NCBI GenBank assembly: GCA_902515745.1
Contig: CABXWB010000002.1
Span: forward strand, 6,515-70,514
Reading direction: 5' to 3'
Origin: an uncultured Alphaproteobacteria bacterium
GTDB lineage: Bacteria > Pseudomonadota > Alphaproteobacteria > HIMB59 > GCA-002718135
Length of the DNA: 64,000 nucleotides
The notes beneath the pieces were generated by a model. It saw only the letters and a list, made by a program, of their open reading frames with translations. It was not told the origin of the DNA and did not search any database. Positions 40,993 to 49,577 of the stretch are shown here, one piece after another (position 1 is the stretch's first letter; each line of letters opens with the position of its first letter). A program made the position numbers and the translations under genes.

Positions 40993-41781
40993 ATGAAAAA
41001 TAATCTCTTTGATATATGGGCTAAAAATGAAGCATCTATAAATGCTTGGTTATCGATACCAAATTCTTTTACTGCTGAAGCCTTTGGTAAAATGGGTTGG
41101 GATTCAGTTACTATTGATATGCAGCATGGTCAAAATGACTATTCTACTGCTATAGCAATGGTGCAGGGATTATCGAATAGCAATACTGTTCCTATGACAA
41201 GAGTTCCATGGAACGAGCCAGGTATAATTATGAAAATGTTAGATTTAGGTGTTCAAGGAATTATTGCCCCAATGATTAATACTAAAGAGGATTGTGAAAA
41301 ATTTGTTTCATATTGCTATTATCCTCCAATAGGTCAAAGAAGTTTTGGTCCAATGAGGGCTCAAGTAGTTTATGGTTCAGATTATTATCAGCACGCAAAT
41401 GATAATATTGTAAGTATGGCAATGATCGAAACGAAACAAGCAGTTGAAAATTTGGATGCTATTCTTTCAGTTCCTCATTTAACTGGTATCTATATTGGGC
41501 CGGCGGATATGAGTTCTTCTTATGGTTTGCCACCTAAATTTGATGTACGTGAAGATCCAGTATTTTCAAACATTAAAATGATTGCAAAGAAAGCAAAAGA
41601 AAAAGGAAAGATTGCAGGTATTCATAATGGATCAGTTAAGTATATGAAAGAAATGATGAAGTACGGTTTTCAATTTACCACCTTACTTTCTGATTTTAGA
41701 ATGATGACATCACATGCTGAAAGTTTATTAAAAGAATTGAAAGATGTAGATACTAAATCTGATAATACTAGCGCATATTAA
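40993..41781 (+). CDS. HpcH/HpaI-family aldolase
   Basis: WLSIPNSFTAEAFGKMGWDSVTIDMQHG, ETKQAVENLDAI and IGPADMS fit class II 2-keto-3-deoxy-acid aldolases. The ORF is open from 40894, but MKNNLFDIW at 40993 fits the family length (~260 aa). Confidence 0.85.
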   Translation: MKNNLFDIWAKNEASINAWLSIPNSFTAEAFGKMGWDSVTIDMQHGQNDYSTAIAMVQGLSNSNTVPMTRVPWNEPGIIMKMLDLGVQGIIAPMINTKEDCEKFVSYCYYPPIGQRSFGPMRAQVVYGSDYYQHANDNIVSMAMIETKQAVENLDAILSVPHLTGIYIGPADMSSSYGLPPKFDVREDPVFSNIKMIAKKAKEKGKIAGIHNGSVKYMKEMMKYGFQFTTLLSDFRMMTSHAESLLKELKDVDTKSDNTSAY

Positions 41782-41788
41782 TTGTCGC

Positions 41789-43603
41789 TTAATTACTAAC
41801 TAAATCCTCTTCCATTTTAATTAATTCAAACCATCTATTTTCTTTTGTATTGAGATCACTATTAAGAACTTCCATTTTGGAAGTTATTTCTTGATAGCGT
41901 TCAAAATTTTCCAAATATAGGTTTGTATCCTTCAATTCATTTTTAATATCTTCTAATTCTTGTTGAATTTTTTTTATTTGGTTTGGTAATTGCTCTAATT
42001 CATATTGAAACTTATATGATAGTTTAGCTTTAGAATTTTTTACTTTGTTATTTTCTGAATATGATTTTTTTGTTTCCTTATTTTTAGTAACTTGTTGATT
42101 TTCGGATTTCAAAAAATCACTGTATCCACCAAAAAATAATGATACATTCCCATCCTCTTTGAAATGTAGAATTTTATTTACAGTTTGATCTAAAAAATCT
42201 CGATCATGCGATACTATTAATAACGTTCCATTATAATTTGATAACATTTCAGTTAACAGATCTAGTGTTTCTAAATCTAGATCATTTGTTGGCTCATCTA
42301 AAATAAGTCCAGTCTTTGGATTAGCTAATACTTTTGCTAAAAGTAATCTATTTTGCTCTCCTCCTGATAATGTTTGTATCGTATGATTGACATTTTTAGG
42401 ATCAAACTGAAAATCTTTCACATAGCTACAGACATGCCTATCTCTTCCCTGAACTTTTAAATAGTCTCCTCCAGAGGGAACTAAAATATCTTTAATAGAT
42501 TTTCTGCCATTAAGATCATTACGCATCTGATCAAAATAAGAAAATTCTAAATTTTTTTTGAGCTTGATTTTACCTTTAGAAATTTTTATTTCATTAAGGA
42601 TTGTTCGAAGAAAAGTTGATTTACCACTTCCATTATTTCCTAACAAACCGATACGATCATTTTTTGAAATTTTTATTGAGAGATTTTTAAAAATAAATTC
42701 ACTTTGATTTGGATATTTCACAAACACTTCTTGAAGTTCAGCAATAAATTTAGATTGATCAGTAGATTTTTTAGATACTTGCGGTCTTAAAGATTTAATT
42801 GCACTTCTATAAGAAGCTTCATCTTTTTCTAATTGCGCTTTTAATTCTTTCGCTCTTTTTAATCTTTTTTCATTCCTCTTTACACGAGCTTTAACGCCTT
42901 TATTTGCCCACTCAAGTTCAATATTAACAAATTGCTTTCTATTTCTTAATTCTCTATATTCTTGATCTAGTAACTCCTCTGACCATTTATCAAAATCTTT
43001 AAATCCTCTAGGACTTACTCGTAATTTTCCCCTATCTATCCAAAATACTTTATTGGTAAAATTACTTAAAAAAGTTCTATCATGGCTCACACATATAATT
43101 GTTTTATTTAAATTGCGTAAGTAACTTTCTAGCCATTCGATGCATTGCAAATCTAGATGATTGGTTGGCTCATCTAATAACAAAACATCGGAGTCCTTTA
43201 ATAAAGATCGAATTAAATAAACTTTTCTTTTTTGCCCTCCTGAAAGATCTTCAACATTAGCAAATTTGTCTAAATTTAGTTTATTGCAAAATATATCAAC
43301 AAAATGTTTATTTTGTTCGTTAAGTAAATCTGAAAAATTCTCTTCAATGGTTTTGTTATCTAGTTTTTCAAATTTCTGATTAAAATATCCAACTTTTAGA
43401 TTTGGATAATTCCATAATTCTCCCGCATCTAAATCTTGATCACCATTTATAGTTTTCATAAGTGTTGTTTTGCCAACACCATTTTTACCAACAAGCGCAA
43501 TCATATCACCCTTGTGTAAATTTAAGTTTAGATCTTGGAAAATAACTTTTTTGCCAAATTTGATTTCTACATCTCTTAGAGAAAATAATAAATCACTAGC
43601 CAC
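41789..43603 (-). CDS. ABC-F family ATPase (Uup/YheS-like)
   Basis: 604 aa. Two ABC cassettes (GKNGVGKTT and GNNGSGKST; two LSGG(Q/E) signatures). No TM domain. C-terminal coiled-coil tail. Confidence 0.92.
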   Translation of the reverse strand: MASDLLFSLRDVEIKFGKKVIFQDLNLNLHKGDMIALVGKNGVGKTTLMKTINGDQDLDAGELWNYPNLKVGYFNQKFEKLDNKTIEENFSDLLNEQNKHFVDIFCNKLNLDKFANVEDLSGGQKRKVYLIRSLLKDSDVLLLDEPTNHLDLQCIEWLESYLRNLNKTIICVSHDRTFLSNFTNKVFWIDRGKLRVSPRGFKDFDKWSEELLDQEYRELRNRKQFVNIELEWANKGVKARVKRNEKRLKRAKELKAQLEKDEASYRSAIKSLRPQVSKKSTDQSKFIAELQEVFVKYPNQSEFIFKNLSIKISKNDRIGLLGNNGSGKSTFLRTILNEIKISKGKIKLKKNLEFSYFDQMRNDLNGRKSIKDILVPSGGDYLKVQGRDRHVCSYVKDFQFDPKNVNHTIQTLSGGEQNRLLLAKVLANPKTGLILDEPTNDLDLETLDLLTEMLSNYNGTLLIVSHDRDFLDQTVNKILHFKEDGNVSLFFGGYSDFLKSENQQVTKNKETKKSYSENNKVKNSKAKLSYKFQYELEQLPNQIKKIQQELEDIKNELKDTNLYLENFERYQEITSKMEVLNSDLNTKENRWFELIKMEEDLVSN

Positions 43604-43614
43604 TAATTTAAGTC

Positions 43615-43731
43615 TTATATAATTTTGTAATAAACAACAATAAAATCAAGGATCATAAATATTATAAATAGTATTGCCACTCTAGTTAATGACCATTGAC
43701 CTTTTGGAAAAATAAAATTTAGGAACTTCAT
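43615..43731 (-). CDS. Possible 38-aa hydrophobic peptide
   Basis: My translation is [38 protein letters not shown], with one TM segment. It fills the gap between the DsbA-like gene and the ABC-F gene. AAGGG lies ~12 nt upstream. No further support. Confidence 0.25.
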   Translation of the reverse strand: MKFLNFIFPKGQWSLTRVAILFIIFMILDFIVVYYKII

Positions 43732-43737
43732 ATTAAT

Positions 43738-44343
43738 TTACTTACCCTTTAACCTAATCCATTTAATGCAATCTTCAAGTCTATCATCTCCCCAAAATAC
43801 TTCTTTGCCATCATATACAAATGTAGGGCTTCCAAAAACTCCTTTTTTATAGGCATATTCAGTATTGCTTAGATATTTATCTTTTATTTCCTGCTCATTA
43901 GCTTTCTTTATCGTAGTATCAGGATCCAAGTTTAATTCTTGAAAGATTTCATTTAAATTTGGTTGTGTAGCTGGTTCTTTCCCTTGCTGAAACCATCTTT
44001 GATATGTTTTGTAAACATAATTGACTCCCCATCCTTCATTCATTCCAAGAATTGCTATTTGATTTGCCAAATCGAACTCTTTTAATGGGTATGGTGCTGG
44101 AACCTTTGCTTCAAATCCATAAAATTTTGCGCGTCTTTCAATATCTCTCCACATGTAATCTGATTTTATTTTTTTAGCTGGTGGAGTGAATGGAATGTTG
44201 TCCATATCCATCATAATTTTTCTTACACTAAAGGGATGCCAATTAAATTTAATATTTTCTTTTTTTGCAACTTTATGCAACCTATTGACTGATAGGTAAG
44301 TATAAGTACTGCCAATTGAAAACCAAAAATTTATTTCTTCCAT
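43738..44343 (-). CDS. 2-hydroxychromene-2-carboxylate isomerase / DsbA-like (kappa-GST-related) protein
   Basis: 201 aa. N-terminal FWFSIGSTYTYL and C-terminal GVFGSPTFVYDGKEVFWGDDRLE are typical of the HCCA-isomerase/DsbA-like family. Confidence 0.8.
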   Translation of the reverse strand: MEEINFWFSIGSTYTYLSVNRLHKVAKKENIKFNWHPFSVRKIMMDMDNIPFTPPAKKIKSDYMWRDIERRAKFYGFEAKVPAPYPLKEFDLANQIAILGMNEGWGVNYVYKTYQRWFQQGKEPATQPNLNEIFQELNLDPDTTIKKANEQEIKDKYLSNTEYAYKKGVFGSPTFVYDGKEVFWGDDRLEDCIKWIRLKGK

Positions 44344-44370
44344 AAATATAGTTTTATCAACTTAATTTTA

Positions 44371-45222
44371 TCATTCAATAATAATCTCATCAGGTGTTGA
44401 ATCTATTTCTTTTTTATGATCCCACGTAATTCCATTTTTACCAGATCCAAACTTAGCGGATTTATTTGTGAAAGGAAACTGATATAGCATTGAATTAAAA
44501 TATTTTTGCATCTTAGGCAGTGTTTTAAAGTTTAAAAAAAATTTAGATACTAAAGGAAAACCTAATTGTTCAAAAAAATTATCAGAGTTTATATTTTTTA
44601 CAAATTTATAATGTTTCAAAAATGCATAATAAAGTTCTAATGTATCAAACAAATTAAAATCAGGTGAAGAAATATTATTACCTATTAAAAATAGTTTAGT
44701 TTCTTCGTTACTTTTTGAACTAAGCCAATGTTCAAATTTTTGTAACTTCCCAACATTTGAATGTTCAAATGCCTGATTAAAAACAGTTGAAGCTTCACTT
44801 AACTCATCTTTTTCATTTTCAAAATGCGTATAAGCAAATCTTGTCACTATATTCCTTAAATCTACTGTTTCTTGAAGTAATTGATTACATTCTAATTCTT
44901 CTTTAGAATTTTCTCCAAACATATTAAATTTCTTACCAAGAAAAGATAAACAAGTAATAGATTGAGCAATTATTATTTCTTTCCCTCCTTCACTAAATTG
45001 TAAATAAGGTAAATTGATTAAACTATTTTTTTTCTTTAAAATAATTTTATCTTTATCGTGCCATTCACTACCATCATAAGTTAGGTAATTATTTTCTAAT
45101 TTTGGAATTAGTCTGTAAATTTTTGAAGTGAGCGGAGCACCAGCATAAATGATCATTTGACGCGAAGCTGAACCTAAACCTTTAGTGCTCCAGTAACCAA
45201 GAGTAATTTTATTCACATCCAT
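44371..45222 (-). CDS. Glutathione S-transferase-like protein with mu-class-like sequence features
   Basis: 283 aa. The segments ITLGYWSTKGLGSASRQMIIY, YDGSEWHDKDK, NLPYLQF..IIAQSITCLSFLGKK and FLIGNNISSPDFNLFDTLELY align by eye with the mammalian GSTM1 segments ILGYWDIRGLAHAIRLLLEY, YDRSQWLNEKF, NLPYLIDG.KITQSNAILCYIARK and WFAGNKITFVDFLVYDVLDLH. Confidence 0.7.
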   Translation of the reverse strand: MDVNKITLGYWSTKGLGSASRQMIIYAGAPLTSKIYRLIPKLENNYLTYDGSEWHDKDKIILKKKNSLINLPYLQFSEGGKEIIIAQSITCLSFLGKKFNMFGENSKEELECNQLLQETVDLRNIVTRFAYTHFENEKDELSEASTVFNQAFEHSNVGKLQKFEHWLSSKSNEETKLFLIGNNISSPDFNLFDTLELYYAFLKHYKFVKNINSDNFFEQLGFPLVSKFFLNFKTLPKMQKYFNSMLYQFPFTNKSAKFGSGKNGITWDHKKEIDSTPDEIIIE

Positions 45223-45417
45223 ATAAAATATAATTTAAATTAAATATTATTTTATAATCATTCTAAATTTAAATTATAACAAAATCATAATAAAACTTTA
45301 TTTTTTAGAACTTTCTTTGAATAAAATACATCAAAAATATTATTAAAAAAAAATATTTTTTATCTCTATGTAATAATCTCATAATAGTCATCTTATAGTA
45401 TTAAGAAAGGAGGTACT

Positions 45418-46032
45418 ATGTATGCGACATGGAAAATAAGAACTGACTATGCAAATGCAGTAGATATTTTTGATAAAGTTTCACCTTGGTTTAAAGAAAG
45501 TGGAGCTCGAATGACTAATGTTACACATAATATTGGTGGTGATGATAATACATTCACTATGGTAGCAGGATTTGAGAGTTATGAAGCATTTGGTAAAAAT
45601 GATGATGCTTGGGCTTCATCACCAGAATGGTGGCAAAAAATGCAACCAAATTTTGTAAACAACCAGTTAGTTGAAACTGTTTATTTAAATGAATTGATTG
45701 GAAATATTAAAGGTGCTACTGAGCAAATGCCTGTTTGGGCACATTTTGTTTTTAGTCATCCAGATGTGGATGCTATAAAAAAAAGTTTTGAAATTGATGA
45801 AAAACACTACATGTCAAATGGTTCATCAGGAATTGCAATTCATAGAATGTTTGGTGATAGAAATAATCAATATTTATTTGCTGCAAGATTCAACAGTATG
45901 CAAGAGTTAGGCAAGTGCATGGATGCTAATCAAAATTCTCCAGATTATTGGGCAAGTCATAAAGATTATTATGCAAACTTAAATATTCATCTTAATTATA
46001 ATGCCAGAGTAATTAGGAGAAATATTTATTAA
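45418..46032 (+). CDS. Hypothetical protein, paralogue A (two tandem ~100-aa repeats)
   Basis: 204 aa. Strong SD AAGGAGG 6 nt upstream. The N- and C-halves align ungapped at ~30% identity (ESGARMTNVTHNIGGDDNTFTMVAGFESYEAFGKNDDAWASSPEWW versus SNGSSGIAIHRMFGDRNNQYLFAARFNSMQELGKCMDANQNSPDYW). No signal peptide. Confidence 0.8.
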   Translation: MYATWKIRTDYANAVDIFDKVSPWFKESGARMTNVTHNIGGDDNTFTMVAGFESYEAFGKNDDAWASSPEWWQKMQPNFVNNQLVETVYLNELIGNIKGATEQMPVWAHFVFSHPDVDAIKKSFEIDEKHYMSNGSSGIAIHRMFGDRNNQYLFAARFNSMQELGKCMDANQNSPDYWASHKDYYANLNIHLNYNARVIRRNIY

Positions 46033-46046
46033 AAAAGGAGGTAAAA

Positions 46047-46664
46047 ATGATTGTAGGAAGTTGGCAATATAAAATTAGTAATGACAGAGCAATGTCAGGC
46101 TACAAAATTGTTTCAAAGTATGCAGAAAAATATGGTGCTATAGGAACTTCAATAGCCACTCATCAAGGAGCAGATACATCTGTCTATAATATTGATATTG
46201 GATATAATAATTATCAACACTTTGGTGAAATGGATGATAGTTGGAGTACAGATAGTGAATTTGGTTCTGAGATGGAAGCTTATTTTGGAATGAGTGAACA
46301 TGTTAGAATGAATTTCTATGAACCTTTAATGCACGAAATGCCATTCAATGGTGTTAAAAGCTGCTTTGCTATCTGGAAATTTTCTCACTCAAATAGAGAG
46401 TTAGTTCTAAAAGAGTCAGAAAGTTTCTTTAAATATTGGATGGATAATGGATCAACAGGCTGTACCGTTGGAACTTTAAGTGGAGCTGATTTTGGTCAAT
46501 ATGGCTTTGGTGCCAGATTTAACAATATGGCTGATTATGGAAAAGCAGAGGATAAGCTGAATGGAGATAAAGTATGGGACAATCATCAAGAAATGCTTAG
46601 CTCAACAATTTGGGATGGATTTAATCTCAGAAGAGTTTTAGCTGAAAATGGCTGGAAAGAATAA
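46047..46664 (+). CDS. Hypothetical protein, paralogue B (two tandem ~100-aa repeats)
   Basis: 205 aa. SD AAGGAGG 5 nt upstream. Clearly homologous to paralogue A (WMDNGSTGCTVGTLSGADFGQYGFGARFNNMADYGKAEDK versus YMSNGSSGIAIHRMFGDRNNQYLFAARFNSMQELGKCMDA). Confidence 0.8.
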   Translation: MIVGSWQYKISNDRAMSGYKIVSKYAEKYGAIGTSIATHQGADTSVYNIDIGYNNYQHFGEMDDSWSTDSEFGSEMEAYFGMSEHVRMNFYEPLMHEMPFNGVKSCFAIWKFSHSNRELVLKESESFFKYWMDNGSTGCTVGTLSGADFGQYGFGARFNNMADYGKAEDKLNGDKVWDNHQEMLSSTIWDGFNLRRVLAENGWKE

Positions 46665-46722
46665 ATATTTTGATAATTTTACAACGAATGAGCATAGCGT
46701 AATTGATGGACCATAAAATAAT

Positions 46723-46750
46723 GCGGACTTTTTAGTCCGCTTTTTCTTTT
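46723..46750 (+). terminator. Intrinsic terminator after the paralogue pair
   Basis: GCGGACT-TTTT-AGTCCGC followed by TTTTTCTTTT, 58 nt after the stop of paralogue B. Confidence 0.75.
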
Positions 46751-46956
46751 GATTATTATTAAATCAATTTAATTTATATCACTGTGGATAATAATTTTTT
46801 TAGATCCAATATATTTTTGGTGAAAATTATGATTCTTTTTTAAATTTTCCATTAAATTAGAAATTAAATCTTATAAGCTGTTATTTTTTAATAATAATTT
46901 TCAAAAACTTTTATGACATATTATTTAAATATTTATTAAAAAAAATGGGGGTAAAA

Positions 46957-48285
46957 ATGAAAATTATATCAATTTTTATTAGCTTCTTGTTTTTATCATT
47001 TTCTTTAAACGCTGAAACTATCAAGTATTGGACTACTGAAGAACAGCCTGCAAGAATGATGAAACAAGTTCAAATGGCTGTAGATTTTAATAAAGCTTCT
47101 GGCCATAATGTTACAGTTATACCAATTTCAGAGAATGAAATGGGCAAAAGAGCTGTAGCTGGTTTTGCTGCAGATGATTTGCCAGATGTAATCTATACTA
47201 CTTTACAGTATATTTTACCTTGGGCTGAAGAAGGCATAATCGATGTAGATGCTACAAACGAAGTAGTTAATATGTTAGGTGGTTCTACTTTTGGTGAAAA
47301 AGCTCTAGGCATGGCAAGTTACGATAGTAAATTTGCTGGAGTGCCAGTTGATGGTTGGACTCAAATGGTAGTCTACAGAAAAGATCTTTTTGAAGAAAAA
47401 GGTTTAGCAGCACCAAATACTTTTGATAACATTCTAAAAGCAATTGATGCACTACACAATCCACCAAATATGTATGGATTTGTGGCTGCAACAAAAACTG
47501 ATGAAAACTTTATGAGTCAGGTATTAGAGCACGTGCTTTTAGCAAATGGATGTTCGCCTGTTGATTCTTCAGGGATTGCCGAAATGGGCAGTACTTGTGT
47601 TGAAGCAATTGATTTTTATGAAGAATTAGCAAAAGCAAGTCCTCCAGGTGATTTATTCTGGCAACAATCTCGTGAATTATATTTTGCTGGTAAAGCAGCT
47701 ATGATTATTTGGTCACCTTTTATTATGGATGAATTAGCTGGTCTTAGAGACTCAGCGCCTCCAACAATAAATGATGATCCAACTTCACCAGAATTAGCAA
47801 GTAAAACTGGTTTCATTACTAACTTTGCTGGCCCAAGTAACCCAAGTGGTGCTGCGTGGGCAGATGTTAGATTTATGATTATTACAGATTCTGCTAACAC
47901 AGAAGTTGCACAAGAATGGATTAAATATGCTGTTGGCGATGGTTATGTTCAAACTTTAAGTATCGCTCCTGAAGGTAAATTTCCTGTTCGTAGAGGAGAT
48001 GCTTCAGACTCAGATAAATTTGTCCAAGCTTGGAGTAGCTTACCTGTAGGTGTAGATCGAAAAGCACCACTTAAAGATTTATATGATGCATCAGTCATTA
48101 ATGACATTGTTGCAGGACTAGATGTTGCTGAAAGATGGGGGGTCAAAGAAGGCCAGCTATCTGCAGCTTCAAAAATAATTAATAGTCAAATTATAAATCG
48201 TGAGGTTAGAGAAGTTATAGATGGCAACAAATCTGCTAGTGATGCAGTAGCTGCTATAAATAGCCAAATTAGCGATATAGACTAA
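46957..48285 (+). CDS. Extracellular solute-binding protein, carbohydrate ABC (CUT1) family
   Basis: Signal peptide MKIISIFISFLFLSFSLNA follows GGGGGTAAAA. The ORF is open from 46945. SBP family-1 features are present. GC content is visibly higher than in the adjacent permease genes. Confidence 0.88.
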   Translation: MKIISIFISFLFLSFSLNAETIKYWTTEEQPARMMKQVQMAVDFNKASGHNVTVIPISENEMGKRAVAGFAADDLPDVIYTTLQYILPWAEEGIIDVDATNEVVNMLGGSTFGEKALGMASYDSKFAGVPVDGWTQMVVYRKDLFEEKGLAAPNTFDNILKAIDALHNPPNMYGFVAATKTDENFMSQVLEHVLLANGCSPVDSSGIAEMGSTCVEAIDFYEELAKASPPGDLFWQQSRELYFAGKAAMIIWSPFIMDELAGLRDSAPPTINDDPTSPELASKTGFITNFAGPSNPSGAAWADVRFMIITDSANTEVAQEWIKYAVGDGYVQTLSIAPEGKFPVRRGDASDSDKFVQAWSSLPVGVDRKAPLKDLYDASVINDIVAGLDVAERWGVKEGQLSAASKIINSQIINREVREVIDGNKSASDAVAAINSQISDID

Positions 48286-48304
48286 AATTTTTTTTTATCG
48301 TATT

Positions 48305-48330
48305 AAAGGCGACATATATTGTCGCCTTTT
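48305..48330 (+). terminator. Intra-operon terminator/attenuator hairpin after the binding-protein gene
   Basis: AAAGGCGACA-TATAT-TGTCGCCTTTT. It starts 20 nt after the SBP stop and ends 6 nt before the permease ATG. Confidence 0.55.
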
Positions 48331-48335
48331 CATCA

Positions 48336-49577
48336 ATGTTTAACTTAAATAAAGAAGCAAAATTAGCATACACAATGCTAATTCCTACAATTAGTATCGT
48401 TTTTTTAATTATATTATTTCCTATTTTTGGAAATTTTTGGTTAAGCTTTAAAGAAGTTAAACTTGGTGATTTAAGAGCGCCACAACCTATCATAAAAGAA
48501 AAACTTAAGACTAAAGATATAGAGCCTGGAGATGATATTTTAATTGAATATAGATTCAAAAATAGTTCACAAAAAAAACCAATATTTAATATAGAAATTA
48601 CTGATAAAATTTCAAAATTTATTTCACCTGTAGAAATTGCTGAAGGATGTTCAGTAAATAATAATTTATTGAGTTGTTATTTTGAAGAATGGAAACCAAA
48701 ATATAATGAAAAAATAATTTTTAAATTTAAAGCGAATGATAATTTTGAAATAGATAATTTCAATCCAAAAGAAAGCAAACCAAGAGGTGCTGCTGATGCA
48801 GATAATATTTTAACAAACTTAAAATTTTCTCTTAAAAATTTTCAAAAAATATTACAAAAAAATGAAACAATAGAAAATATAAAGGTAACTTTTTTATATT
48901 CTTTTTTTGCTACTATCGGAGCATTATTATTAGGTATAAGTGCTGCTTTATTACTTGAAAAAAATTTTTTAGGAAAAGGATTTTTTAGAGGTTTATTTTT
49001 ATTTCCCTTTGTTTCTCCTGTAATAGCAGTAGCATTTACCTGGGTTTACATTTTAGATCCTTTTAAGGGCTTTCTTAATAATTATTTATTAAACAACGAA
49101 TTTATAAGTGAGCCAATTTTTTTCTTAGGACTAAAAAAAGTTGATTTTCTTGGGTTTGATTTTCCATTTACTCTATTTATTGTAATTCTTTTTGAGAGCT
49201 GGAGATATTTTCCATTAGCTTTTTTATTTATACTAGCAAGATTACAAGCTATTCCAAAAGATCTTTACGAGGCATCGGATATTGATGGAGCAACAAGAAT
49301 ACAACAGTTTTTTTACATTACATTACCGCAATTACTTGGAGTTATTTCCCTGCTTTTCATTTTACGTTTCATTTGGAACTTTAATAAGTTTGAGGATATA
49401 TTTTTATTAACGGGGGGTAATGCTGGAACTAGAACATTAACGGTTCAGGTGTACGATGAAGCTTTTGCACTTTCAAATATGGGCACTGCATCTTCAGTAG
49501 CTGTACTTATATTTATTCTTTTGGCAATTTTTGTTTTCATTCATCAAAAAATAGCACCTAAGGATATAGAAGAATGA
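48336..49577 (+). CDS. Carbohydrate ABC transporter permease (MalF type) with ~150-aa periplasmic insertion
   Basis: 413 aa. EAA loop DLYEASDIDGATRIQQFFYITLP. Between TM1 and TM2 there is a soluble beta-rich segment, GDDILIEYRFKNSSQKKPIFNIEITDKISKFISPVEIAEGCSVNNNLLSCYFEEWKPKYNEKIIFKFKAND, resembling DUF11/CARDB-type Ig-like repeats. Confidence 0.88.
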   Translation: MFNLNKEAKLAYTMLIPTISIVFLIILFPIFGNFWLSFKEVKLGDLRAPQPIIKEKLKTKDIEPGDDILIEYRFKNSSQKKPIFNIEITDKISKFISPVEIAEGCSVNNNLLSCYFEEWKPKYNEKIIFKFKANDNFEIDNFNPKESKPRGAADADNILTNLKFSLKNFQKILQKNETIENIKVTFLYSFFATIGALLLGISAALLLEKNFLGKGFFRGLFLFPFVSPVIAVAFTWVYILDPFKGFLNNYLLNNEFISEPIFFLGLKKVDFLGFDFPFTLFIVILFESWRYFPLAFLFILARLQAIPKDLYEASDIDGATRIQQFFYITLPQLLGVISLLFILRFIWNFNKFEDIFLLTGGNAGTRTLTVQVYDEAFALSNMGTASSVAVLIFILLAIFVFIHQKIAPKDIEE

